The position numbers were made by a program, and so were the translations under genes. Below the pieces are notes generated by a model. The model was given only the letters and a program-made list of their open reading frames with translations. It was not told the origin of the DNA and made no database searches. Below are positions 37,901-50,500 of a DNA stretch of 64,000 nt, one piece after another. The stretch's first letter is position 1; each line of letters begins with the position of its first letter. Source of the DNA: Yuukianura sp. NJ FZ-2021 (taxonomy: Eukaryota); the NCBI GenBank assembly GCA_046563655.1, contig CM102290.1, positions 5,766,001-5,830,000 on the forward strand. Direction: 5' to 3'.

Positions 37901-40900
37901 GTAAGTGGTAGATAAACACGACTGGTGAGGTGGCCTTGATTTTCAATGACTTCTACGCCTGCACCGGACTCAAACATGGCAACTACATGGGACTGATTTT
38001 GAATTTCCGTTGGGGTGTATACTGTGACGCCTGTTAAAAAAAAATTACATTTTTAATTTTTTACAAATTTAAAATTGTTTAAAATGTTAGTTAGTTATGA
38101 AAATTTGTTGAAACTTGAGTGTCACCTGGAAAAGTTTGTACTTTTTGTGGATATCTGTCAAAGAATATTCTGTGTTGATCTACAAAAACATCCAGTTTGT
38201 AACGCCACTGTGCATCGCGTGGTCGCAGTCGTATTTCTACCGTCGCAGACTGATTGTCTCTGGCTGCCACAGCAGTCAACACGGTCGCACGCACTTCTTG
38301 TCCATACGTGTTCTTCGGCGGCTGTTCGAATCTACCCTGGACGTCTAATTTGTGCCGATCTGTGTTGGCCCGAACCAAAACAAACTCTCCTTTACCATTA
38401 AACGTGTACATTGTGCCATCGAATGTGTAGAAATGCGGATCTCCGAAGACTGTTGCCACTCCCGGTGGTTGGTAGCCAACGCAGTTCTGGGACGGACGAC
38501 GTTCGAACCGGTAAGTCATGCACCACCAAGACTGTTCATGTTGCCACATACAACAAGGGAAGAAGCTGGCAACATCGTGGTGGTAATGTGACAACGAAGG
38601 GACTTTGTTCGCTTCGTTCCACGGCAGTTGACCAAAGTCATGAGCACGAGAAGGGCGACCACCCCACTTCTGATCAGCCGTCATCATAAGGTAGTCGTGC
38701 ACATCGTAGCAACATTGTTGTCCAGCACCCGAAGCTCTGCAACAAATTAGAAAATTTTGAAATTTCAAAATTTAGAATTTTTAAATTTTTAAAAAATGAT
38801 CATACGTCGGCATTGCAGATCGAACGCAGTGTTTGGCGCCGACATGGAGGTAGCAGTTGAGCACTTTTCCATCCTTGTCGCAATTTTGATCAGGCAAAAA
38901 TCGCCCTTTGTCTGCAATGGCTTGGTCCAACATACAAGGACAAACTGGAATCTATCAGGACAATTATACATTTTATATTATTTATTATTATTGTTTATGA
39001 TATATTATTATGAAAAGTACATCAGCAGCGTAGTTTTTGAGAAGACGATCTTGGACAATCCAGTCCTCGCATTGCTTTTCCTCCCAGCGCCCTCTCTTGG
39101 TTTGCCACTGTGGCCACATGTACCAAGCCAATGGAATGGGACGACTCCAGATAACACTACAATTTCAGTTAATTATTGAAATACTTAGCAATTAAGTGTT
39201 AATTACAATTAAAGTTATGACACAACAGTGTTTCTGCCATGAAAAAAGTATGAGTCTCAGTGGGAATCGAACCCACCTCTCTCTAATGCGGGGAGGACAC
39301 TGTCCTCTGAGCTATTTCAATTCCTTCCATTTTTTGTTTTTTACACTTACGGTTGGTAAACTGTGCCAAACGGTTCACTAGGATTAGTGAAATTAATTGA
39401 CACAATGCCAGACTGGATGTCTTTTGCCCACGGCGTCTCTTTCCTGTTGATTTCGTTCGGGTTGAACACGTACCTTCCCGTATTTTGAACTCCAAGCTGA
39501 AAAACACTTTTTTGAAAATCGTTTTTCAAAATGGGTTCAAAATTTTGAAAACTTACTGCAATAGTGTCAATGTAGACAATTTCTGGAACAATGGTTGCTT
39601 CTCGGTATCCCCAGAGCGTGATTGACACTGCCGCGTTCTTGTCCATCGTCAAGTTCTTGTAATCCCACTGTACCGTCAGTTGTGTCGGTTCCGTTTGCAA
39701 AATTTCTTCTTTATTGAACGACACGAGTTCAGGAGCTTGTTCTGGCGTTTCGACAAAGAACTTCCCTTTCCACAAGAGGTCATTTGACCCCTCGACCTCC
39801 ACATAAATGTCAATGTAGCCTGTGATGTAAATTCTGGGCATGACACAAGTCGCTCTGTTCTCGTTGATCACATGGCCAGGCACTTGGATCGTGTTGAAAC
39901 GACAGTTGATACGCATGTCCACATTAAAACAGGGTCCAGTCACGTTCACTATTGTCCCACCCATCATGTTCCCACTCTCTGGAGCAAAAGACAGACGCTG
40001 AAGATGAGATGCCACGTCGTCTAGTAAAATTCAAAAGTCTTTTCAAATTTACAAAAATTTAAAATGTTCAGTTTTTAGAAGAAGAGGAGTTTACAGAGTT
40101 CTGCAATGCACTGGCCAGGCATAATTTTTTCGTCGATTCTGAAGATGTGTCTACTGGGAAAGCCATTGACGTTCCCACTGGACATGATGTTCTGAATCTT
40201 CGGTCCTTGGGAGTACGGCTTGTACTCGAAGGCTCTTGTCCCATTTCCAGCGTTAAATCCAATCTAAACAAATTAATATATTAAAATAAATAATTAAAGT
40301 AATTAATTTTTACAACTAAATCGAAAAGTTAATATCTTACAAAAGCCGGAGTTCCGAGAGTTCCGTCTTCAGAGGAACCGCCAGCTTCCGTGTGCGTCGT
40401 CCATGCCATTTCTTTGTAATTGAATATTGCATAAGTCCTCGTTTCATCCGTACCAAGCACAAGTTGAAACGTATTCGTCTGAAAACGACATCCACAGAAA
40501 TACGTTTAGAAAACAACCCAAAAACGTTTATGAAACAATAAAAAAAGGTTTATGAAGGACACGACAACACAAACGTGGATGAACGATTATGAAATGAGAC
40601 AAAAACGTTTAAGAACTGAAACAAACGTTTAGGAAACGACCCGAAAACGTTTGTGAGACGACAAAAACCTTGATGAAACGACACAAAAACGTTTTTGAAT
40701 TCCGTTCCTTAGATCTTACTGTTTTCCTAGCATGGATTGTGCCGCCTCCGAACGTGACATTTTTCCAAGTGACGATGACGGCATGTCTCGGTTCGAACCA
40801 CTCCGCCCCCACGATTCCCTCGCGAATGTCCCACTTCAGTCGCTCACGCAACTCCACTCCGAACTGGTCCACTCGACCCAACAAATTCTGCTCCAGTCTA

Positions 40901-42201
40901 CAAAATTTCCAAAATTTGAGTTTTTGAAAAATTGTGAATTGAATTTTGATGTTTTTTTGTTATACCGAAAGTAAACTCCACTCCTGCGTGCATCAATTTC
41001 GTCTCCGTTGAGTTCTCCTATTTTGCATTTGGAGTAAAATGGACCAATGAAGGACGGATCTGATTGGTTGGGGTAATTGTCCACTGGGAACTTCAAAGGG
41101 TAGTTGGACAGTTCAGGGCCGTCACTAAACGCCAAAAACCCATGGATCGATACCTGCACAACAAATTTTGATTCAAAACTTGAATTTTTAGCTTGAATTT
41201 TGATTTTTGGACTTGAATTTTGAATAAAGAGAGTTAATTTTGAATTTAATTTTTACCCAAGTGTAGTTGAAGCCAAATCCGAAAAAAGGAAGGAGAAAGT
41301 TGAGAGATTTTGTGATTTGGGGAGAATTGTCTTTTATTGCAATTTGGTAGTCACCTACATTGTCTTTTCCTCCACCTACAACCAAGTTTGGTTTTCAAAA
41401 CAATTTTTTTTTAAAAAGGACTTTTTTAAAAAGCAGTTTTTTAAAAATGTGACCTCGGTCAAAGAATGGGTAGAGGAGTTCTGATCTGATGGCCCTGAGC
41501 GTGGCTTCGTTGATGGTGTAGTTGTAGCCTGCAGTTTGTCTTTGTCTTTCATCAAAGTTCGGTGGAGCAACTCTCGAGAACATTGGATCTTCGCTTTCTA
41601 TTTTTGGAAAAAACCGTATAAAAATATATTTTGGAGACATTTTATGAAATTTTGAAATATGAGTGAGGAAGTGTCATATTGAAATGTATGGAAAACGTTG
41701 AAACTAAATTGTGAATCATGATTTAAATGACGCTTAGCGTATGGATGGAATTTGAGGATGTTTTTGTGAATTTGTGGTTTTGATTGTGACTTTGTTGATC
41801 CAGTGACAATATTAATCACTCGACATTCCAAATCACAAACTGATATTCAGTAATCAAAATCCGCAAAAAAAAAAACTCTGAAGCCGCACTTTGGCCTCAT
41901 TTTCAAACAAAAATGAAAAAAAGTCGAAACTTGTCAAAAAAAAATGAATTCATCCGCAGTCGTATCGAAATTTATAGTTCTACTACTAATTTTACTTAAA
42001 ATTTTGAAAAACTGAGAAAAGCGCTACCAAAATGTTAAAACTTAGCACAAAACGTTTCAATGCAGCCGGAGAATTGAGAAACTTACGAACAAATTCAGCA
42101 TCTTCTTCTCTGTATGCATTGGAAACAACAAAAACTGAAAAACCTAAAACAACTAAACCCAAAATCCAAATTTTGTTGGCAACTAGCCCAAGCGTTGCCA
42201 T
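34948..42201 (-). CDS. mesh: Mesh (SUSD2-related smooth septate junction protein; NIDO-IPT/TIG-AMOP-VWD-Sushi-TM), long-tail isoform A
   Basis: Exons 42201-42054 (signal peptide), 41597-41454, 41375-41257, 41153-40966, 40897-40720, 40478-40341, 40263-40095, 40020-39557, 39496-39351, 39156-39021, 38951-38806, 38736-38126, 38030-37894, 37835-37703, 36766-36625, 36551-36400, 36329-36099, 35828-34948. Motifs [51 protein letters not shown], Sushi CGAL..P.HG. The first junction is least certain; an extra exon near 41839 is possible. Confidence 0.92.
36780..37622 (+). repeat. 59-bp satellite array (~14 copies) in mesh intron
   Basis: Unit AAAATCACTCTTTTTAAATAACATAATTCCAAATTTCAAAACGTTAAAAATTTAGTAGG, near-identical copies. 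Confidence 0.97.
39241..39325 (-). mobile_element. tRNA-derived repeat, family-B-like, in mesh intron
   Basis: On the - strand TAGCTCAGAGG...CTCCCGCATT...GTGGGTTCGATTCCCAC followed by a T-run. Confidence 0.65.
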
Positions 42202-44517
42202 TGTCCAATCGAAGTTCAAGTTAAATTTAACTTTTATCCGCTTTTTTAAGACAAAACTTAACCTCGAAACCAAATTAAACACAAACTAGTTAACTTTTTT
42301 GGGGACAATTGAAGATTAACACTTTTCCGCAATTTTGCGGTGTCCTTTAATGGACAACTTTGCTCAACGTCGAAAAGTGTACTGAAGTTGGTGGATATGA
42401 AAATTTAACAAAGTGGGTTACAAGTAAACGTTGGCTATGAATTTTCAGTTTTTGCAAAGCTTTTTTATCTAATCTTTGCACAATTGGTTTTTATGAAGTT
42501 ATTTTTTTGAAGAGGGAAACTTTAAGCGTAAGGTTTCTTGACAACGAGAAGTTAATTTTCTTTAACAGCTTGGGTACTACCTTGCTAGTTGACAGAAAAA
42601 AAAATGGTACCAATTTTAGTACCTATTCGAAAAAATGCTACCAATTCGTATGCACAACTTGAAAAATTCGGCTGTGTTGCTATGACTACGATGCCCTGAA
42701 ATGAAAAGATACTTTTTGCTAAATCAGGAAAACACAAGGTATTACCCAACCTGTTAAATAAAGTCAAAGTCAACAAACCTTGGCAAGCGTTGTGAGCGGA
42801 ACTGAACTCATTTTGAGGTGACAATTTGACCTGAGTCACCGCATTGTTTTTAGCACAAACAAAATATCTAATCTCTCACTTTTACGATTTTTAGCAGATC
42901 CACGGGCTGACTCGCCCGTTTCCTTCCGGGAATTTCAGAAAATGTCAACTTAAATGTTAGCAATTAGTCATCTGCTCATACATGCGTAATTAATTTGACA
43001 ATGAGAAATCATCACGACGTGAATCAAATTCAAAAAAGTTGAATGGAATTCAATTTCGAGTAAATTTATAAATAGTTTTTTATTTTGTTCATTTAAATAA
43101 CTCCATAACTTCTTAACTTTTTAGTTTTCATAATAACACTTTTGAGGAGACTCGACTAGGTTGAGAATCTGAAAAGTTGAAAAGTGTCGCATTTTGAAAG
43201 TGTTTTGAGAGAGACAGCAAAATTTAACTTAGAACACGAATTTAAGTTTTTAAGGAAAAATTTGAACACGACTTTGGTCAGAAAAATAGTTTTGTTTTAA
43301 CTCTACATTAAAATGTATATTTTCAACTTGTAATATAAGAGGATACTTTGTGAGAACATTTCAATGACACGTCAATTGCTTAACTAAAGTTTAACTTTAA
43401 CTTTAATACACTTCACATTTAAACTAAAAGTTAAGTTTTCCTGCCCTCCCAAAAACTATTTTAAGCTCAAATTCTGCAATAGTTTTTAGTTTTTCTCCGG
43501 GCGACTTTTAATTTCATTTTTTTGAATGACGCTTTCACCCGTTACAATTTTTTTTAAACTGCTATTTTAGAACAATGTTTATAAATTAATAGGCACTTTT
43601 GATTTGACTAACTGACAAAAAAATTCCGACTTTTGAAATTTATTCTAATGTAAATTAACACACTGCTAAAATATGCAAAAAGAAAACAAAAGTGGGTTGT
43701 TCTAAAAAGTAATCATCGGAATACTCAAAATTTGAAGACAAAATTTTGCTTGTTTTTTAAAAAGTCACGTTTAGTAAAAACAGTCTTCACCATCATCATT
43801 TGTACATGAAAAAACGTTAATGATAAAAAGCTTGAAAAAGTGGTTAAGAGGGCTAAACATTCTCATTTTTTGAAACTCAAAAAAACGTTTAGCACCGTTC
43901 ACTTCAGTTTCTTCTCAAAAAACTTCGTTTTAAAAACCTTTCTTTTCAAAAGTGTTAAAAACGCTGCCTAAATTCAATTTCAGCTGCCTTGGATTAAAAA
44001 AATCACAAACTACACGCACTTGTTACCGGGAAAATTCAAAAATTCTCAAATTAAAAAAAAACTCAAATTCAAAAAACTGATGATTGGCGTTGCGTAAATT
44101 AACTGCGATTCTAGCTAAACTAATCGTCACTTTTAGCGAACGCACGTATTACAAAATTTTACAAGGAAAAAAAAACTCTTTTTACAAAAACTTATGAAGA
44201 TATGCATTATTGTTTTGGTCCACTGCATATGAGATTAAAAGGAAAACGTTTTACAACCATAGTGACAATAATAATTTGTATAATTAAATTAATTCAACTA
44301 GCTAAAATTATAGTTAAAATGGCAGTTAACTTAACATTTAAAATTAAACCGAATACGTTTTGACATTTAATGTTTCATGCACAACTCGTCAATTTCTATT
44401 CCTCAAAATTTTTTTTCCAGCACCTTGGCACCAAAACATAAAAAATCAGTCTATAAACCGCTCCATTTTTTTAAAACTTTTCAAATTTTGAAAAACTTCA
44501 AAATTTTTTCTTCCTGT

Positions 44518-47500
44518 TTATACTTCCGTTACGTTTGTAGTTTTAGAGTAGTTGTGTTTGCTGTTCGGTCGTCCGTTGTACTTTCCCGTTGCAGGAAAGA
44601 CGGATGAAGAGCGTTTGCGTGGAGAGGAGGTTGCTAAGGGGTGGGTACTTGGCAGTTTTCGGTCTCCAGGGTCCAAGGGCCCTTCTGAGTGGGGGGAGGG
44701 CCCTTGAGCCGGAAAGGGACTTCCGCAGAGAAGGCTACAGTTTTCATTAATCTCGTCTTCCGTGGGGAGTGGTCGGTAGTGTGGTTGGTCATGGTAACTG
44801 AGGGGGGTTGTGGGGGACCCCCCGGGGGGTTTGTCTCCGTATCTATTTCTGAGTGCGACTGGTTTAGACGTGGGGTGTTCGTCCGGAGTGTTAAGGAGGT
44901 ATGAGTCTGACCAGAGATCAGTCTTAGGCACTGCGCATGCGCCGTACTCCGAGTCCTCTGCCAGTCCTTCAAGGTTTCTGCGTGACCCCGGTACAAGGTC
45001 ATTGTTGGACTCATGTGACACGATGGACAGAGAGTCTGGAATGTCCGGTGGTGGCAGAGTTCGGATCGGAGAGATATTGGCCGGGTGACTATGAGCGTCT
45101 CCATGGTAACCATCCCAAGAGTAACCTGAAGTCACACAAAAATATGTACAAAAAAATAATTTTGTAGAAATTTTTCAAACTTTTTGATTTGATTTTTATT
45201 TGACCAATAATGGCAACCTGTAACCTAACCTTTTTCAAAAATTCAAAAAATCTAACTTAAAAAAATTTTTTTTGAACGACATTTTACCTGCACTTGCTTC
45301 TGTGAACTCTGGTGAGCTGGGTTTGCTGCCTTTGTTTCCCCAAATAATTTCACCTTTTATGTCTACAAAATCACACCAATTATATTTCGAATTTTTTTTA
45401 AAAATTTTGTTGGTGTTTCAAAATGTTAGTATATTAGTAAGTAAACTTACAGTTCTGAATTTTGGGACAGTCGTCTCTATTTGTGTCCCACCCAGTGGGG
45501 CCTCCTGTTCTTTTCCTTTCTCCTGCCGTGGGTTTCATCAAATTGTTAATGAATTGTGGCATTTCAGCTTCGTCACCTCCACTGTAATTCTTGTCCATCA
45601 TTGGCACTCTCTCTTGGAAGATCTCGGAAGTGGCGGAAACAGGCCGAACTTCCAAATTTGATATTTTGGAGTCTCGGTGATTGCGCATGATCTGCTCTCG
45701 GTTGTCGCCGTTGATGCGATTGTCCTGCACTTTGACCTGACTAGTTGTGAGTGGAATGGAGTTGGAGGCTCCACTGCGTCTGCGCTTCAAACAACATCTT
45801 CTTACACAAATGAAGATCAAAAGGAGAATGATGAAAGCCAGGACGATGATGAAGATGAGAGCGACAATTTGGTAGTCGTTGGTCACAATTGAGGGCGTGG
45901 TCAGCACTTTCTGGCAGTACACGCCACTGGCATTGGATGGACACAAACATCTAAACCCCCCGAGGAAGTTGACACATTTGCTTCCCGGTCCGCACACTTT
46001 CTCACCCCCCTCTTGACACTCGTCATAGTCAAACTGACACCGATTTCCAGTGTAGCCACTTTCACACCAACAGATTGGCCCATTTGGCCCATCTTCACAT
46101 TCCTAAAATTTACAAAACAAAAAATTGAAGAAATCTTACCAGGGTTCGATATTTCCCACTACATCTCAATATTTCCCAGGGCAGTGGGAAATACATACTC
46201 AAGTTTAAAAAACTTCAATTTGAAAACCTGAGATTTGAAACAACCTGAAACCGGAAACTGGAAATTTACAAAACTTCTTTTTTTTTGAAACTCAAAAAAA
46301 TTTCTTTTGAAGAAATCTTTGCAGCGTTTAATATTTCTGGGAAGTAGTTGGAAATACCTTGATATAATGTGCTTTGCTAAAAGTTTTTGGTGTAAAAAAC
46401 TTACGCCGCGGTGATTACAGACTTCACTCTCTCCGAGAATTTCAGAGTTTTTGCAATATTTTCCCAGTTGGCATCTTGATCCATACGTTCCGTCATCTGG
46501 ACACTGGCAGTAAAACTGAGCCTCTGATTGGTCAGTTCCAGAAATGAGAGAAGGTGAGAATGAAATCTCAGTTGACGTGGGTTTGCATAGACCGTCGTTC
46601 AAACAGGGGGAGGAGCCACACGGTTCCAGGTCAATTTCACAGTTGAGACCGTGGAACCGTGCGGGGCAGTGACAGGAGTAGCCGTTCGGAGTCGAATCCG
46701 CTTCACACCGCCCGCCGTTTTTGCACGGCAGAGATCGACAAGCTTCCACGAAATGAATAACTTTGGCACAAGAGAAGGAAATGTTCCTGGAGAAGATCAG
46801 TTTGAACTGAGAAGTGGAGAGATGAGTCACATGGAGCGGAAGAGGGTTCATCCTTAACCATGAACCCTCGGGGGGTACTTCTTCTGGGTTAATTTGACCC
46901 CCGTCCCCCGCGGGGTCAATGACCCCTGCCCCTCCTCTTCCCTCTGTGTTGATGTAGTGTCTAACCTCTTGCGTTTGACTGGAGAATAACTCTGTGGCCA
47001 CATCTTTTGAGCCGTTTGAGATGAACCCAAAGCGTAAATCTTGCATGCATCCTACAAATCCTTGAGACGGAATTTGAGCTTCGATGGGGCTTTGACTTGG
47101 GCCGATCAACCTTGACCCGACGTGAAAAATTCCATTTGTGTGCAAAATTCTTGCTAAACCTTGACTCTTTTGTCTCTGAGTTGACCTTTCGTTGACCCTC
47201 AAAATGGCAAAACTGTCTCGCAGTTGAAGGACAATGCGATGCCAACGATTGTCTGAAACTGAAATGGAAGTTACTGTCAAAACTTCTTTGCCGGTTCCAA
47301 GGTCCCACGAAAATTGAACCAGGCCTTGGTTAATCTAAAACAACAAAAATTTTTTTAAGAATTTAAAAAAAAATTAATTTTTTTTTGAATGCTCAATTTT
47401 TTTTAAAAAGTGACTAACCTCGAGTACAGCGTAGTCAAATTCGCCAGCGCTGTAGACCAAAACACCGGAAGTGTACAGAGTTTTGATTTTGAGACTGATG

Positions 47501-50500
47501 GACAGTTCTCGTTCTAGAGATGGTCCGACATTGTATGACAGAAGACTTGTTCCTCCGAATGACACTGACTGTTGTGAGCATTGTTCGTCACACTCACTTC
47601 CAGGTAAGCAGTTCATGTTGGCACAGAGACAGGCGTACCCTTGGTCAGATTCATCCGGAACACAAATTAAACCAGAGTCACAGTCGGAGTGAGCACAGGC
47701 ATTCACCACCGTTTCACATTTAGAACCTACTCACAAAAATACAAAAGTACAAATCTGTTACAACAATGAACACAAGGTCTTTCTGCACAATAGCGGTATC
47801 ATCCAACTCAAGAAGAAGCTGCTAAAATTTCAGACTCAAGGTATCGATGGTTTAAAGATATCTAACAATTCGTGTTTTTCAACTTCATCTGCTCCTATTT
47901 TTAAACTTTACATGAACTTTTGGCAAAAAGACACGATTATGGTGAAAAAAAAAATTCCCTAAACATGTATTTTCCTAATTTTTCCTTAATTCCTTGTGTA
48001 ACCTTACAGCTCAAAGCTGTTCATATCAAATAAGCACTACTTCATAAGACGCCATGGTATAATGACCTGTCAACAGGGCACCATTTGCTAAAATAAAATT
48101 CAAATTCAAATAATTTATGGGATATTTAAAAAATTCCAAAATATTCAAATTCCAAAATATGTGATGGTGTTTTGAAAAAACACCATCACACCTTATAACT
48201 TTCTAGCTTTTTACTGTTGGAGAAGTGTATTTTCATAATTTATGAAGGATTTTAAAAATTCCAAAATCTTGTTTTTTCAATTTTTTTTTTTGAAATTACC
48301 TCCATATCCCATAGGACAGTTGCAGACGGTTTCCAAAATGTGATTTGGCGTAATGAGACTCAAAGTTTCTGTTGTAATGAGGGACTGCGTTCCTTCAAAT
48401 ATCGCAATAGTTTTGCATCTACAAAAAGTTTGCAAAAAAAAAGTTCAAGTTACAATCTTCCATTGAAAAAAATCATACATTTTTTATCTATTTTTTAAAA
48501 TTTCGTTTTAGGTTTATATCTTTTGCGACTTACATTCCGCGATCACAAGAGCTGTTTGTGCAGATGTCGGCAGTAATTTGAGTCACTTTTGCACTCAGAA
48601 TCCCTTCGATCTGCGGCTGTGCAAAGCGTAGCTGTTTGATCAACTCGTCAGTTGACATGAACTTCCCATCGCTGGATCTTTTGACACTCAAAAGAACATC
48701 CACTGCCGGAATGGACTGTCCAGTGTCCCGTTTCTGTCGCTGTCCAGCGTCTCGTGTCTCCTGTCCAGCGTCACCTTTGGACTGGACACTCAGAATGAGC
48801 ACTTCGTAGGTCGTTCGTCCAGTGGTGTCCATGGAAACGGCTTCTTTGATCACATTTTTGAATGCCGACATTCGGTTGAGCAGACTCTGTCGATTGTGGC
48901 CCGAAATGGACATGAGGATGAACGAGCTCATTTCCTTGGCATTTTTTCTGTCACTGGACAGGACATCGGACATTCCTGACATGTCAGGACGGATGTCAGG
49001 AAAAGGCGTGGCCAAAGAGATGACCTTGACATAGGCGTCGTTCCTGGCCGACCATCGTCCATCACTGACGACGACGCCTAACTCATAAGTACCCTCCCTT
49101 AAGGGAATGAGGCTGTAAAGGGTTCCGTTGAGGCTGTCAATTGTGAAGAAAGAGGAGGACTTTGTCGTCAGCAGAGAGTAGGTCAGCACATCGTAACTGT
49201 CGAAATCCGACGCATGACAAACTCCTAAGATTTTCAAAAAAGAGAAAATTTTGAATTTTGAAAATTTTTAATTTTTGAAATTTTGAAATTTACCCAAGAC
49301 TCCTGGTGGATAAGTTTCTGCTAGAGTGACGACAGTGACACTGAGGGACGAGATGACGGGTGGCCACTGGGACTTGTCGACTACTTGGACGGTGACATTG
49401 GCCTTGGACTCCAGTGGGGGTGTCCCATTGTCAAAGACGGTCACTTGTAGTTTGTAGATGGACTTCCGCATGAAGTTCAGTTTGCCAGAGACAATAAGGG
49501 CCCCCGTGTCTGAGACTGAGAAGGGCAGGGGGGTCCCTTTGTCCTCCTCCATAAGGGACTTCAAGTCCCAGGAAAAAGGGGTGGAGTTTGGAGATGAATC
49601 GGCGTCACTCACTTCAAACACAATCAGTTTGAATCCCACCAGTCGATCCTCTTGCACAATCGCAGTGTAGTTTTCTTTGGAAAAGAGGGGCGGAGAGTCG
49701 TTGACATCCAAGAGATGGACTTCAAGGGTACATGAAGAAGTCCTTGAAGGGCTTCCACTGTCAGTTGCAATAATTTCAATTGTGTAGTACGGAATCTAGT
49801 CAAAAATACAAAGTTTAAGATTCGGGGCTCACGCGGCTTGAGAGACAATGAGCGAGACTGTAAAAAAAAATGAACCAAGTGGGATTCCAACCCACATCGC
49901 TTCAATCCGGGAAGAGATCTAACGTCTGAGCTATCGCGTTCTATAAAAAAAAATCTACCAAGCGACGCTACAAAACTCAATCTAACTGAATTTCAATTTT
50001 TTTTTTGGAATTTTTTTTCTTTGAAGATTTTTTTTTCGAATTTTTTTTTGTTTTTACCATTTCCCTGTCCAGAATAGAAGCTACATAGACGACTCCAGTC
50101 GTGGGGTGAATTCGGAAGCTGTTCATTGGATCTCCATATCCGAGTTCATATCGAATCTCTGCATTTAGTCCCGAATCCAAATCCGCCGCCACGATTTGAA
50201 CCACGGACGACGACACAGAAAAATCTTCTGGAATGGATACTGAGTAGGACTCTTGAGCAAACTGCGGAACGTTGTCATTCTCATCTACAAAAATAGGAAC
50301 AATGTCAAAGGTCAAAGGTCAAAGATCACATTCTAAAGGTCAAAGGTCAAATCTTACCGATGATGGAAATATTGACAGTACATTGCGAGGCCAATTGGTT
50401 GTCGGGTGGTCCGTCTCTCGCTCGCACTGTCAAAATGTATTCTCGGATCCTCTCATAGTCCAAGGTGGAATTAGTGCTGATGACCCCTGATTGGGGGTCA

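Noticed and set aside
39497..39556. Stop-free in-frame 60-nt mesh intron as coding sequence
   Set aside because: Perfect GTAAGT...TTTCAG ends and typical TTTCAAAA intron composition.
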